A stretch of 64,000 nucleotides of DNA from an uncultured Pseudomonadales bacterium (GCA_964455555.1 CAYVXV010000001.1:31499-95498), one strand, 5' to 3'; numbered from the stretch's first letter, positions 49,063 to 58,390 are shown. Notes: generated from the sequence alone by a model not told the origin. Program-made: numbers and translations.

Positions 49063-50379
49063 ATGTCCAACCTCTTCGACCCCCATTTAACAAAAACTTA
49101 CCAGCAGGACAAGAAATTCCTCGAGCTTTCAAAAATTCCCATCGTCACCGTCTCTTCCAGTTATCAGGAAGACCTCAAGCGGATGCATGGCCTGCCCAAC
49201 AATGAAACTGACCGCGACGTGGTTTTTTCCCGCGCCCACTACTCGATGGCGCTGGGTGTAGCAACCTATGCCTGGAAGGAAAAAGTTGACCCCCAAAAAG
49301 CCTGGGTAGTCGACCCCACCAACTATGTTTCCAAAGATAAATGGTTTTCCATTCAATTAACAGAAATTATCGGTAAAACCATTGCCCGCAACTCTATACT
49401 GAAAACAGCCAAGGATTTTATAGACCGGTTTGCCCGAAAAAAGCTACCGATTTTGGACAGTATCACACCACCGCTGCTTTACCTGACTGAACATATTAAA
49501 AAACCTATCCTCTCTTTTCATATTGCTGCCGGAAATATCCTGGCTGGACAAGGAAAAACAGTTGTTCAGGTGGTGACTGATCCGCATGTCCGCGCTGAAT
49601 ATGTAACATATGCTGACAAAAAAAATATTAGTTTTTGTGTTTTTGATGAAGCCACCAAAGTGGATTTTCTGGAACAGGCGGCTAAACTGGATATCAAAGC
49701 CGATCCAGACCGGGTGATCGTGACCGGCCCGCCAATTGACCCAAGGATTATCGCTGCAAAAAATGAGAAAAACCCCTGGAGAAGCGGCATCCTGCGGCTT
49801 TGCATCACTACCGGAGGCCTAGGAACGAACAAGGAAGAAATTCTGAAGATGCTCAGGCAATTTCTACCTGAATTGCGCAAGCGCTCGCTGGAATACCAGC
49901 TGCTGGTCTACGCCGGCACCCAGCATGATATTGCCGATGAAGTTGAAAAACTGGCTCAGGAAAACAGGATTGCAATTGGCGGTCTTAATGATAAAAAAGC
50001 CAAGCTCAGGCTGATTTACCATCCTCAAATTGTTGATGCCAATGAAATGCTGATTAAGCATGGTTTCCCTTGGGCTCACGGTTTTATAACCAAACCATCA
50101 GGAGATATGGCTTATGACGCAGCCGCATCGGGCAGCTTCATCCTCACCATGGCAGAATGGGGTGAATGGGAGGAACGGATTCGGGTTATTTTTGAGCAGA
50201 AGAATATAGGCCGTACTGCCGACACCAACTCGATTATTTCTCAGCTGGAAGTCCTCCGCTCGGCTCAAAGAAAGTCGCAATCCTGGATTGAGCAAGCCAT
50301 GCACAATGCCCAAAAACTCGAGCCGCTCTATCTGAATGGGGCTAAAGGCATTTTAAATGCCGTTAAACAAGCCGGCTAA
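49063..50379 (+). CDS. GT-B glycosyltransferase, UgtP/MGDG-synthase-like
   Basis: VVTDPH, VTGPPID, TTGGLG and FITKPSG match GT28 diacylglycerol glycosyltransferase motifs. Confidence 0.6.
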   Translation: MSNLFDPHLTKTYQQDKKFLELSKIPIVTVSSSYQEDLKRMHGLPNNETDRDVVFSRAHYSMALGVATYAWKEKVDPQKAWVVDPTNYVSKDKWFSIQLTEIIGKTIARNSILKTAKDFIDRFARKKLPILDSITPPLLYLTEHIKKPILSFHIAAGNILAGQGKTVVQVVTDPHVRAEYVTYADKKNISFCVFDEATKVDFLEQAAKLDIKADPDRVIVTGPPIDPRIIAAKNEKNPWRSGILRLCITTGGLGTNKEEILKMLRQFLPELRKRSLEYQLLVYAGTQHDIADEVEKLAQENRIAIGGLNDKKAKLRLIYHPQIVDANEMLIKHGFPWAHGFITKPSGDMAYDAAASGSFILTMAEWGEWEERIRVIFEQKNIGRTADTNSIISQLEVLRSAQRKSQSWIEQAMHNAQKLEPLYLNGAKGILNAVKQAG

Positions 50380-50390
50380 GCACAAAATTC

Positions 50391-50428
50391 AGCAGTAAAA
50401 ATCCCCCTTTTTCAGGGGGATTTCTGCT
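50391..50428. terminator. Bidirectional terminator between the glycosyltransferase and rpmG
   Basis: AAATCCCCCT-TTTTC-AGGGGGATTT hairpin between convergent genes. Confidence 0.75.
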
Positions 50429-50448
50429 TTGAATTTGCGAGACAGATA

Positions 50449-50652
50449 TTATTTCAGCTTTTTAGCCATTTTATGCTCTGAATGCTTGTGGCAAACATTA
50501 CAGTACTTGTTGAGCGGGAAAGTGCTCACGTTTTTGGTCTGCTTCATTAAGAGTTCATTGTTTTTGTTGTATTCAGTAACGTAATTAAATGAATTACAAA
50601 CAGAACATTGCAAACCAGCTATCTGTCTTGGTCCTTTTTTTGCTTTTGCCAT
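50449..50652 (-). CDS. rpmG: 50S ribosomal protein L33 (zinc-ribbon form)
   Basis: LQCSVC..FNYVT.YNK and KYCNVC.KH..HK; start ATG 50652 after AAGGA. Confidence 0.9.
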   Translation of the reverse strand: MAKAKKGPRQIAGLQCSVCNSFNYVTEYNKNNELLMKQTKNVSTFPLNKYCNVCHKHSEHKMAKKLK

Positions 50653-50726
50653 ATATTCCTTTTTCTTTTTGTGTTTCAAAATCGCTTAATTTAAGAGATG
50701 TAGTATACCATACCAGGCAATTACTG

Positions 50727-50800
50727 AGCCATCTCGGGGATTCGAACCCCGGACCTACGGTTTACAAAACCGTCGCTCTAACCAACTGAGCTAAGATGGC
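50727..50800 (-). tRNA. tRNA-Thr(TGT)
   Basis: GCCATCT stem, ACGGT-TT-TGT-AA-ACCGT and GGTTCGAATCC. Confidence 0.96.
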
Positions 50801-50968
50801 GTGCGTTTGACATTAGCTCATTGAGCACGGCTGGCGCCTTCTCCAGCCTCCTTGAGCTATCTACCCAGACTAATTATAACCTGAAAACTTCAATGACGGC
50901 AGCTCAAAGGGCTCAATTCACTAATATCTTATCGCTGCCTTAGTGAAAAATTTGCTCACTATTCTATG

Positions 50969-51051
50969 TGCCAGGTGTAGGATTCGAACCTACGAAGGCG
51001 TAAACCAGCAGATTTACAGTCTGCCCCCGTTGACCGCTTGGGTAACCTGGC
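50969..51051 (-). tRNA. tRNA-Tyr(GTA)
   Basis: GCCAGGT stem, GCAGA-CT-GTA-AA-TCTGC and a long variable arm. Confidence 0.96.
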
Positions 51052-51111
51052 GAGTCTGCCCCAAGCAAGCTTGAGGCATGGCACAGTATAACAAATTTTC
51101 CTGAATTTGCC

Positions 51112-51186
51112 TGGAGCCCAGAGAGGGAATTGAACCCTCGACCTCTTTCTTACCAAGAAAGCGTTCCACCACTGAACTATCTGGGC
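51112..51186 (-). tRNA. tRNA-Thr(GGT)
   Basis: GCCCAGA stem, CTTTC-TT-GGT-AA-GAAAG and an encoded CCA. Confidence 0.96.
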
Positions 51187-51364
51187 GCTCAATTTTAAAG
51201 GACTTGGCCTTAGTTAATTATTCTTTGAAAAAAAGAATGCCCTCCTAAAAGCCATCAGTTCGCATGCGAGGATTTTATCATTTTGCACCCCTGAAATGCA
51301 AAGACAAATAAGGAATTTCCTTGGGAAAAAGGTGTTTAAGTTTGCCAAAGCCCATTTTTTGCGT

Positions 51365-51518
51365 AATTTAACCGCCCGGTGTGAGAGACACTCATGTTCC
51401 CGCGATATTGCAGGTGGGTAGGAAGCATCCAGCACCACGGTGCTGAGTGACAGTCCATAGCCCTTTCGTAAAGTGTTCAGGAAAATTACCTGTGCCCCTC
51501 ACATCCGGCGGTCAAATT
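51365..51518 (-). ncRNA. ssrS: 6S RNA (probable)
   Basis: Rod-like fold with a long closing stem (G-U pairs favour the minus strand), a central bubble and an apical CAGCAC/GTGCTG hairpin. CCTGAAC and CCCACCTG...GCGGG segments resemble Firmicutes 6S. TGCTATAAT promoter at 51540-51548. Confidence 0.75.
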
Positions 51519-51595
51519 AAAGAGCTTTTTAGCCTCTAAATTATAGCATTTTGAGCCACTGTGTTTGTAAGAGTTCTGTTACACGATGGCTGTAG

Positions 51596-52489
51596 TTAGC
51601 CTTGAGAGGCCGTCATTTTCTCGACCCACTCCGCTATTTTGCTGCCATAATCCTCATACTCCAATGCGAATTTTAAATGAGCCTTAAAATAGTTTTCCGG
51701 ATCGCCGGTGGTCATCCAATGGCCTTCGCTTTTGCCAACCATAACTTTACTTTTCTTGGCGATCTGAGTAATGGCGTCAACGGTCCAAAGCTCACCGTCT
51801 TTGCCGGTATTGGTTGGGTTCAAATACTCAAAAACCTCTGGTGTAAGCAGGTAGCGGCCATATGAAGCGAGCCTGGAAGGCTCAGTCCCTTTATCTGGTT
51901 TCTCTACAATATTATCCAAGTACTGATCTGAACCAGATTGGAAACTAATAATTCCATACTTGTCCACTACTTCTGCGCTGACTTCCTGAGACATAATAAT
52001 GCCGGAAACATCGGGGTTTTGCTCATAAAGGTCCACCATTATTTTGGCATCGCCGGGATTGCCAAAAACCACGTCATCACTATAGAGGACCAGAAAGGCT
52101 TTCTCCTTATCTATAAATTTTTCTGCCGAAGCTACCGGTGACCCATTGCCGTAAGGCAAACTAGGGTCTTGGGTAATGACGACTATTTTTGGAAAGTCTA
52201 AGACATGCTGAACCGGTTCATAGCGATCCGATTTGCCTTGTGCCTGGAGCTGCTTGCGGATCCGGTTGACGTTGTTGTTGAAATAATCTTCGTAGATTGG
52301 CTTGCCCTCAGGTGTGGCAACGATAATGATTTCTTCAATGCCGGCTTCCGCACACTCCTCGACTATAAATTGCATAATCGGCCGGTTGCCGAATGGCAGC
52401 ATAGCTTTGGGCACAGTCTTGGTAATAGGCAGGTAGCGGCTGGCAAAACCAGCGTCAGTGACTATTGCTTTGCGGACTAACTTTTCCAT
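51596..52489 (-). CDS. UTP--glucose-1-phosphate uridylyltransferase paralog (copy 2, altered signature)
   Basis: DAGFASRYLPITK..PKAMLP, SDD, EKP and GRYLLTP. Confidence 0.8.
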   Translation of the reverse strand: MEKLVRKAIVTDAGFASRYLPITKTVPKAMLPFGNRPIMQFIVEECAEAGIEEIIIVATPEGKPIYEDYFNNNVNRIRKQLQAQGKSDRYEPVQHVLDFPKIVVITQDPSLPYGNGSPVASAEKFIDKEKAFLVLYSDDVVFGNPGDAKIMVDLYEQNPDVSGIIMSQEVSAEVVDKYGIISFQSGSDQYLDNIVEKPDKGTEPSRLASYGRYLLTPEVFEYLNPTNTGKDGELWTVDAITQIAKKSKVMVGKSEGHWMTTGDPENYFKAHLKFALEYEDYGSKIAEWVEKMTASQG

Positions 52490-52599
52490 GGCATCTCCTC
52501 GATCTACGCCTTATGCTGCTTCATACAATTTCATACATAATACCGTAATTCTTTCTCTGTCTACAATCAGCAAAAAAAATCATGTACTATTGTATATAG

Positions 52600-54189
52600 A
52601 TGAAACCTGCTCTAAAGCGTGTAGTTTTTAGCGTCCCCAATTTACTGCCTTTTGCCGGCCTATTACTAGTCATTTCCGGAGTGATTGGTATCTTTTACAC
52701 TCAGGAAGCCCTTCAGGAATCTCAAGAAATCCGGTCAAGCGCTTCCGGCGAAAGCGGCCAGGTTTTAATTGCTCCCCTCACCTCTCCAAGCACGACTATC
52801 AAAGGCTTAGTCCAAGAGCAGGTGATTTCTTTAGGAATTAACACTCAAAATCTGCCGCTTAAAGAATTTTCGGTGGTATTTAATGCCATTACTGATGTTG
52901 CAGACACGCTTGAGTTAGTGCCAAGCAACCTAGTTGGTTTTGAAGTTACCGCAGAAACACAAAAAACAGCCGACGGCTTCCTGGCTACCGCCGTTTTTAC
53001 CAGGACCAGCCAGAATTTCCTATCCAACTACAACCAAAAATTTTTGGAAATTCATTTTGAACCTGCTAAAGCCGGAACAATCGAACTTAATTTTGACCGC
53101 GAGCTTTCCGTAGCGCTTCACGCTGACAACAGCTCTGATATTCTTAAACACATTGCCGATGCTACTTTTACCATCGCCGCCAGTGAAGCTGACCCCACTT
53201 ACAAAGCCTGCAACGAAACCTGCAGCTCCAACGCCGAATGCCAATCTGGTTTCCGCTGCTTTAATACCGGCAGTGAATCGCGCTGCCGCCTGGTAACCAA
53301 CCCATCGAGCTCCACCTGCAGCTCAGAAAGCACTTTAAAATCCTGCAATCAAAGCTGCGGCGGCAGCGCTGAATGCCAAAGTGGCCTGAGCTGCATTAAC
53401 AGCATCTGCAGAAACCCGAATAATCCCGAAAGCTCCAGCTGCAGCAACCCAACTCAACAAGCAGAAACTCAAGCAGCCAGCTGCAATGAAGCCTGCACCA
53501 CCAATGCTGACTGCGCGGTAAATTTCCGCTGCTACTACAATCAATGCCGGCTGGCTACCAATCCTTCAAGTACCAGCTGCAGTGCAGATACGACTTCCAC
53601 TGTGTCTTCGCTCTACCAAAAGGAACCAGTAGAAACCGCTACACCATCTGCCCTGCCAACCTCACCGGCTCCTGAAACCAGCACAGAAAATGAAGAAACC
53701 CCAGAAGAATTTCAGCCAGAGGAGTCAGAACCAGTGACCCAACCCCAGGAACAACCTTTGGATCCGGATGAAACTTCACTTCAAGCCCTGCTGAGCGTCC
53801 TCGGCAGCTCAACTTTCCGCCTGCCCAGCACAGTCTTGGTTGCTGGAGCCATCTTGCTGCTTGTCGGCGGAGCAGTCTTTGTTGCCGCCTCCTCCAGAAA
53901 GAAACCGACCACTGTAGCTATGACAAAAACCGGCGTACCGCCTGCTCCACCTCCCAGAGAAACACCGCCTCCTTATGGGGCACCTCCTCAACCTCCGTCG
54001 CCGCAAACAGCACCTCCGCTAGCACCACCTTCGCAGTCAGCGCCTCCACAAGCAGCACCGCCGCAACCCGTACCTCCGCCTAACCAATCAGTTCCAATGG
54101 CTGAACGGTCATCTTCGATGGTTGAACGGCTCAAACAAAAAGGGATTACGCCGCCAAGCACAGGCAATCAGCAGCCAAAAGACCAATAG
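52600..54189 (+). CDS. Cell-surface protein: N-terminal TM, beta-rich domain, three Cys6 repeats, acidic linker, second TM and Pro-rich tail
   Basis: Domain pattern read from the translation. Confidence 0.75.
   Translation: MKPALKRVVFSVPNLLPFAGLLLVISGVIGIFYTQEALQESQEIRSSASGESGQVLIAPLTSPSTTIKGLVQEQVISLGINTQNLPLKEFSVVFNAITDVADTLELVPSNLVGFEVTAETQKTADGFLATAVFTRTSQNFLSNYNQKFLEIHFEPAKAGTIELNFDRELSVALHADNSSDILKHIADATFTIAASEADPTYKACNETCSSNAECQSGFRCFNTGSESRCRLVTNPSSSTCSSESTLKSCNQSCGGSAECQSGLSCINSICRNPNNPESSSCSNPTQQAETQAASCNEACTTNADCAVNFRCYYNQCRLATNPSSTSCSADTTSTVSSLYQKEPVETATPSALPTSPAPETSTENEETPEEFQPEESEPVTQPQEQPLDPDETSLQALLSVLGSSTFRLPSTVLVAGAILLLVGGAVFVAASSRKKPTTVAMTKTGVPPAPPPRETPPPYGAPPQPPSPQTAPPLAPPSQSAPPQAAPPQPVPPPNQSVPMAERSSSMVERLKQKGITPPSTGNQQPKDQ
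53209..53580 (+). repeat. Three tandem six-cysteine protein repeats
   Basis: CNETCSSNAEC..C..CRLVTNPSSSTC; CNQSCGGSAEC..C..CRNPNNPESSSC; CNEACTTNADC..C..CRLATNPSSTSC. Confidence 0.85.
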
Positions 54190-54271
54190 GTCCTAAAAAT
54201 ATTAAAATACCGTTCAGAGGAGCACTAGAGGAACAGCTATTCCCTATTCTATTTGCTTTTGCTACAATACC

Positions 54272-54457
54272 ATGTCTATGGTTAGCCCAACTTCTTACTT
54301 ACAACAGGTTGCTCGTGAACTTAAAAAAGTTACCTGGCCCAGCAGAGCCCAAACCACTGAAATGACTATTTTGGTAATAATAGTAAGTTTGATAGTTGGA
54401 GCATACCTCGGTATACTTGACTACATTTTTCAAACACTAATGGCAGTCATTCTATAA
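54272..54457 (+). CDS. secE: Preprotein translocase subunit SecE
   Basis: ELKKVTWPS plus one TM; upstream of nusG. Confidence 0.95.
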   Translation: MSMVSPTSYLQQVARELKKVTWPSRAQTTEMTILVIIVSLIVGAYLGILDYIFQTLMAVIL

Positions 54458-54478
54458 AATAAGGATTAGTTTTAGCAT

Positions 54479-55117
54479 ATGGCAGACTCAAACGACCAAA
54501 ACCAACTCGACGGCGAAGCACTGACCCCTCCTGAAGTTCAGGAAGTTAAGGTTGATTCACCAAACATTATTGCAATTTCCGATAGCGAAAACAAAAAAGC
54601 CCGCTGGTATGTGGTACACACTTACTCCGGCCATGAAAATAAAGTAGCGGAAACTTTAAAGCAGCGCGCTGAAACACTGAATTTAACCGACAAAATTCTT
54701 AAGGTGCTCATTCCCACCCAAGAAAAAATCCAGATCAAGCGCGGCCAACGCAAAACCGTTAACGAAAAGATTTTCCCGGGATACATGCTGGTTCAGATGG
54801 AGCTGACTGATGATTCCTGGCTGGCCGTGAGGACAACCCAGGGCGTTACGGGCTTCGTCGGGGTCGGCAACAAGCCCACTCCCCTGCCTAAACATGAGGT
54901 CGAAGCCATCAAAAAATACATGAGCCAAGCTGCGCCTTCGTACAAAGCAGACTATGTTGAAGGTGAAGCTGTCAGAATTGTTGACGGCCCATTCAACGAC
55001 TTCCTTGGTACGGTTAATTCAATTGATGAAGAAAAAGGCCAAGTAGAAGTGTTGGTCAACATCTTTGGCCGCGAAACTCCGGTGACACTAGACTTCCTTC
55101 AAGTGAAAAAAGTTTAG
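54479..55117 (+). CDS. nusG: Transcription factor NusG
   Basis: WYVVHTYSGHE, FPGYMLV, GVTGFVG and IFGRETPV. Confidence 0.97.
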   Translation: MADSNDQNQLDGEALTPPEVQEVKVDSPNIIAISDSENKKARWYVVHTYSGHENKVAETLKQRAETLNLTDKILKVLIPTQEKIQIKRGQRKTVNEKIFPGYMLVQMELTDDSWLAVRTTQGVTGFVGVGNKPTPLPKHEVEAIKKYMSQAAPSYKADYVEGEAVRIVDGPFNDFLGTVNSIDEEKGQVEVLVNIFGRETPVTLDFLQVKKV

Positions 55118-55192
55118 CATATGATATAATTTCGCTTTTGCAGAGGCAAAAAATAAGACAGCGAAACACAAGCAGCAAACACAGAAAGCAAT

Positions 55193-55615
55193 ATGGCAAA
55201 AAAAGTACTTCAAGTTTTAAAACTAAATTTACCGGCAGGCTCTGCCACCCCAGCGCCTCCAGTCGGCCCTATTCTTGGCCAAGCCGGAATCAACATGATG
55301 GACTTCATCAAGCAGTACAATGACCGGACCGCCGATCAGCGCGGCCAAGTCATCCCTGCTGAAATTACCGTTTATCAGGACAGGTCTTTTACTTTCGAAC
55401 TTAAGCTGCCTCCAGTTTCTGCCATGATTATGCAAACCCTTAAGCTCAAATCCGGCAGTCAAAAAACCGGCCGCGAGACTGTGGGCACCCTAACCATGGA
55501 TCAAGCCAGGGAAATTGCAGAAAAGAAACTGCCTGACCTAAACACAGAAGACGTTGAGAAAGCTTTAAACACCGTTATCGGCACAGCCGAGAGCATGGGT
55601 GTAAAAGTTGAATAA
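55193..55615 (+). CDS. rplK: 50S ribosomal protein L11
   Basis: ATPAPPVGPILG and GTAESMG. Confidence 0.97.
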   Translation: MAKKVLQVLKLNLPAGSATPAPPVGPILGQAGINMMDFIKQYNDRTADQRGQVIPAEITVYQDRSFTFELKLPPVSAMIMQTLKLKSGSQKTGRETVGTLTMDQAREIAEKKLPDLNTEDVEKALNTVIGTAESMGVKVE

Positions 55616-55641
55616 TAAAAAGTAGTATCGTTTTTACTTAC

Positions 55642-55675
55642 CTTGGTGCGGACCCAATAAATCCGCCTAACCAAG
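55642..55675 (+). promoter_or_regulatory. Candidate L1-binding autoregulatory hairpin upstream of rplA
   Basis: CTTGGT-GCGGA...TCCGC-CTA-ACCAAG stem with an asymmetric loop, just before the AAGGAG SD. Confidence 0.4.
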
Positions 55676-55690
55676 ATTAAGGAGATCAAA

Positions 55691-56410
55691 ATGGGATCAA
55701 AGAAAAACGTGGACATGTCGTCCACCACAGACACTGTAAAAATTGTGGAAGCAGAAGCAACTGCTCCCGAACAGCAGGAAGAGGCTAAAAAGCCAGCTGC
55801 CCCTAAAGTAAGCCGCAGCCAAAAATACCGCTCCGTCCGTTCCAAAATCGACAAAACCAAGGAATATTCTGCTAAAGAAGCAGTTGAGCTGGTCAAAAAG
55901 CTGTCATATTCCAACTTTACCGGCACAATTACTGCTGATGCTGTTGTAAAAGAAACCGGCATTGTCGGCTCACTCAGCCTCCCCCACTCAACCGGCAAAC
56001 AACTTAAAGTTGTGATTGTAGATGACAAAGTCCTTGGACAGCTGGAAGCTGGAAATATTGATTTTGACGCATTGGTCAGTTCACCGGAGTTCATGCCTAA
56101 ATTGGCAAAATACGCCAGAACCTTAGGCCCCAAAGGCTTAATGCCTAACCCCAAAATCGGCACCCTGACCCCCAACCCGGAAGCGAAGAAAAAAGAGCTT
56201 GAAAGTGGAAAAATTTCCCTGAGAACAGACAAAAAACAACCGCTTCTCCATGTTTCTATCGGCAAAACCGATCAAGAAACCGCTGAACTGGTGGAAAACC
56301 TGGAAGCGCTAATCCGTGAGCTGGGTACAAAACTGCAAAAACTTGCAATTTCAGCAACTATGAGTCCAGGCATCAGAGTCGACATCTCCGGCTACAAGAA
56401 AAAAGCCTAA
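55691..56410 (+). CDS. rplA: 50S ribosomal protein L1 (internally shortened, N-terminally extended)
   Basis: LPHSTGK, LGPKGLMPNPK.GT and SATMSPG. Confidence 0.92.
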   Translation: MGSKKNVDMSSTTDTVKIVEAEATAPEQQEEAKKPAAPKVSRSQKYRSVRSKIDKTKEYSAKEAVELVKKLSYSNFTGTITADAVVKETGIVGSLSLPHSTGKQLKVVIVDDKVLGQLEAGNIDFDALVSSPEFMPKLAKYARTLGPKGLMPNPKIGTLTPNPEAKKKELESGKISLRTDKKQPLLHVSIGKTDQETAELVENLEALIRELGTKLQKLAISATMSPGIRVDISGYKKKA

Positions 56411-56430
56411 GCAAACTTCATGAGAGAACT

Positions 56431-56457
56431 AAAACCCCGTAGAAATGCGGGGTTTTT
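56431..56457. terminator. Bidirectional terminator between rplA and thrS
   Basis: AAAACCCCGT-AGAAAT-GCGGGGTTTTT. Confidence 0.8.
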
Positions 56458-56484
56458 AATTAAACTACAGCTGAAAATTTTCCT

Positions 56485-58269
56485 TTACTTCCGCTCCTCT
56501 ATTTCATCCTCCAACCGGTCGGCAAACTCCTCGGCATCAACAACTTCCTGCTCCCCGCTGTCGCGGCTGCGGACGGCAACTGTACCAGCTTCCTCTTCCT
56601 TGCCGCCGACTACGAGCATATAAGGCACTTTTTCATTCTGGGCATCGCGGATCTTTGCTGAGAGCCGTTCAGAGCGGTCGTCAAGCTCAACCCTAATCCC
56701 CTCTTCACGCAGAATCTCTGTAACTTTTTGGCCATACTCATTGAATTTGTCGGACACCGGCAGGACTTTTGCCTGCACTGGAGACAGCCAAGCCGGGAAC
56801 TTGCCAGCATAGTGCTCAATTAGGAAAGACATAAAACGCTCATGAACCGACAATGGCGCCCTGTGGATTACAAAAACCTCGTGGTTATGCTCGCCGGATT
56901 CATCAACGTAGCTCAGGCCAAAACGCTCCTTGGCGGCAAAGTCCAGCTGGATTGTGGACATCGTTTCCTCGCGGCCGATGGCTGACTTAAACTGAACATC
57001 TACTTTGGGCCCGTAGAAAGCTGCTTCATCCTCAGCCTCCACAAACGGCACTCCCATCTCCTCCAGCACTTCTCTCAAGACTTGCTCGGTGTAGTCCCAG
57101 TTTTCCGGTTCATTAAAATATTTGTCCGTATGTCCCGGACTCCACTTTGACAGCCGGAACCAGTAATCCTCAAGGCCAAAAATCTTGAAATAGTCCATGG
57201 TTAGCTCCATCACTGCCTTGAACTCATCCTTAACTTGGTCTTTGCGGCAGTAAATGTGGGCATCATTCATGGTCATGCTCCGGACCCGGAGCAGTCCTGC
57301 CAAGGTGCCGGACAACTCATTGCGGTAACAGGTGCCGTACTCAGCTATCCTGAGCGGAAGGTCTCGGTAGCTTTTGGGTGAATGCAGATAAATCTGATGA
57401 TGGTGCGGGCAGTTCATGGCCTTAAGATAATAAGCCGAATCATCCATTTCCATCCGCGGGTACATGCTGTCTGCATAGTAAGGCAAATGACCTGATTTGA
57501 GGAACAATTCTTCGCGAGCAATATGGGGTGTGCTCACCCTAACATAGCCTGCCGCCGCCTCTCTTTCTTTAGCCAGTTTTTCTATCTCATCCTTGATCAC
57601 TTGTCCTTTTGGCAGCCACATCACCAAGCCCTTGCCCACTGCTTCGTCAATAAAAAACAACTCCAACTCCTGGCCAATCTTGCGGTGATCCCGCTCTTTG
57701 GCTTCCTCGCGGAGCCTCAGGTGCTCTTCCAATTCTTCTTCACTAAAAAAGGCCGTGCCATAAATGCGGGTCAGCATGGTGTTCTTTTCGCTGCCGCGCC
57801 AATAAGCCCCCGCCAAAGACAACAACCTAAAGTGGTGCAGTGCCTCGGCAGGATTCTCAACATGACCGCCTCGGCAAAGGTCAACAAAACCGCCGGACTG
57901 GTAAAGCGTGATTTTCTCTCCCGCCTCGGCAAATTCATTTATTAACTCCTGTTTGTACTGATTGTTTTCATATCTGGAATCCGCCTCTTCCCTGCTGACT
58001 TCCAGCCTTTCAAAACCATGCCAGCCTTGGACCAACTCATGCATTTTGACCTCAATGGCAGGCAACTCACTGTCTGAGATTGGTTCGGCAAATTCAAAAT
58101 CATAATAGAAGCCGTCATCCGTGGCAGGGCCAATGGTTGGCTTTACCCCGGGATAAAGCTCGGTCACTGCCGCAGCCAAGAGGTGGGCGGCAGAATGCCT
58201 CAGCCGCTCCAGCCGGTCTTTTTCTTCCGGATTTTGCTGATGATGTAATTGATTTTCGTTGTCTGCCAT
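56485..58269 (-). CDS. thrS: Threonine--tRNA ligase (no N-terminal TGS domain)
   Basis: RHSAAHLL, DLCRGGH, RDHRKIG, MNCPHH, AAFYGPK, TIQLDF and IHRA; start ATG 58269. Confidence 0.97.
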   Translation of the reverse strand: MADNENQLHHQQNPEEKDRLERLRHSAAHLLAAAVTELYPGVKPTIGPATDDGFYYDFEFAEPISDSELPAIEVKMHELVQGWHGFERLEVSREEADSRYENNQYKQELINEFAEAGEKITLYQSGGFVDLCRGGHVENPAEALHHFRLLSLAGAYWRGSEKNTMLTRIYGTAFFSEEELEEHLRLREEAKERDHRKIGQELELFFIDEAVGKGLVMWLPKGQVIKDEIEKLAKEREAAAGYVRVSTPHIAREELFLKSGHLPYYADSMYPRMEMDDSAYYLKAMNCPHHHQIYLHSPKSYRDLPLRIAEYGTCYRNELSGTLAGLLRVRSMTMNDAHIYCRKDQVKDEFKAVMELTMDYFKIFGLEDYWFRLSKWSPGHTDKYFNEPENWDYTEQVLREVLEEMGVPFVEAEDEAAFYGPKVDVQFKSAIGREETMSTIQLDFAAKERFGLSYVDESGEHNHEVFVIHRAPLSVHERFMSFLIEHYAGKFPAWLSPVQAKVLPVSDKFNEYGQKVTEILREEGIRVELDDRSERLSAKIRDAQNEKVPYMLVVGGKEEEAGTVAVRSRDSGEQEVVDAEEFADRLEDEIEERK

Positions 58270-58390
58270 AAATGTGTCCTTTCGGCTGTAATTCATTGTA
58301 ACATTGCAAAGTCTTTCGACGGGAATTGTTTTTGCCGATCCTGTTGATTTTTACCCACTTTCTCCTGCCTTTAGCAAAAAACTGCCCGGA

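Noticed and set aside
55501-56265. 254-aa antisense ORF, and many other short opposite-strand ORFs in the track
   Set aside because: These are shadows of well-supported genes (rplA/rplK, rplL, topA, cysS and others) or of tRNA/6S genes, with no motifs of their own.
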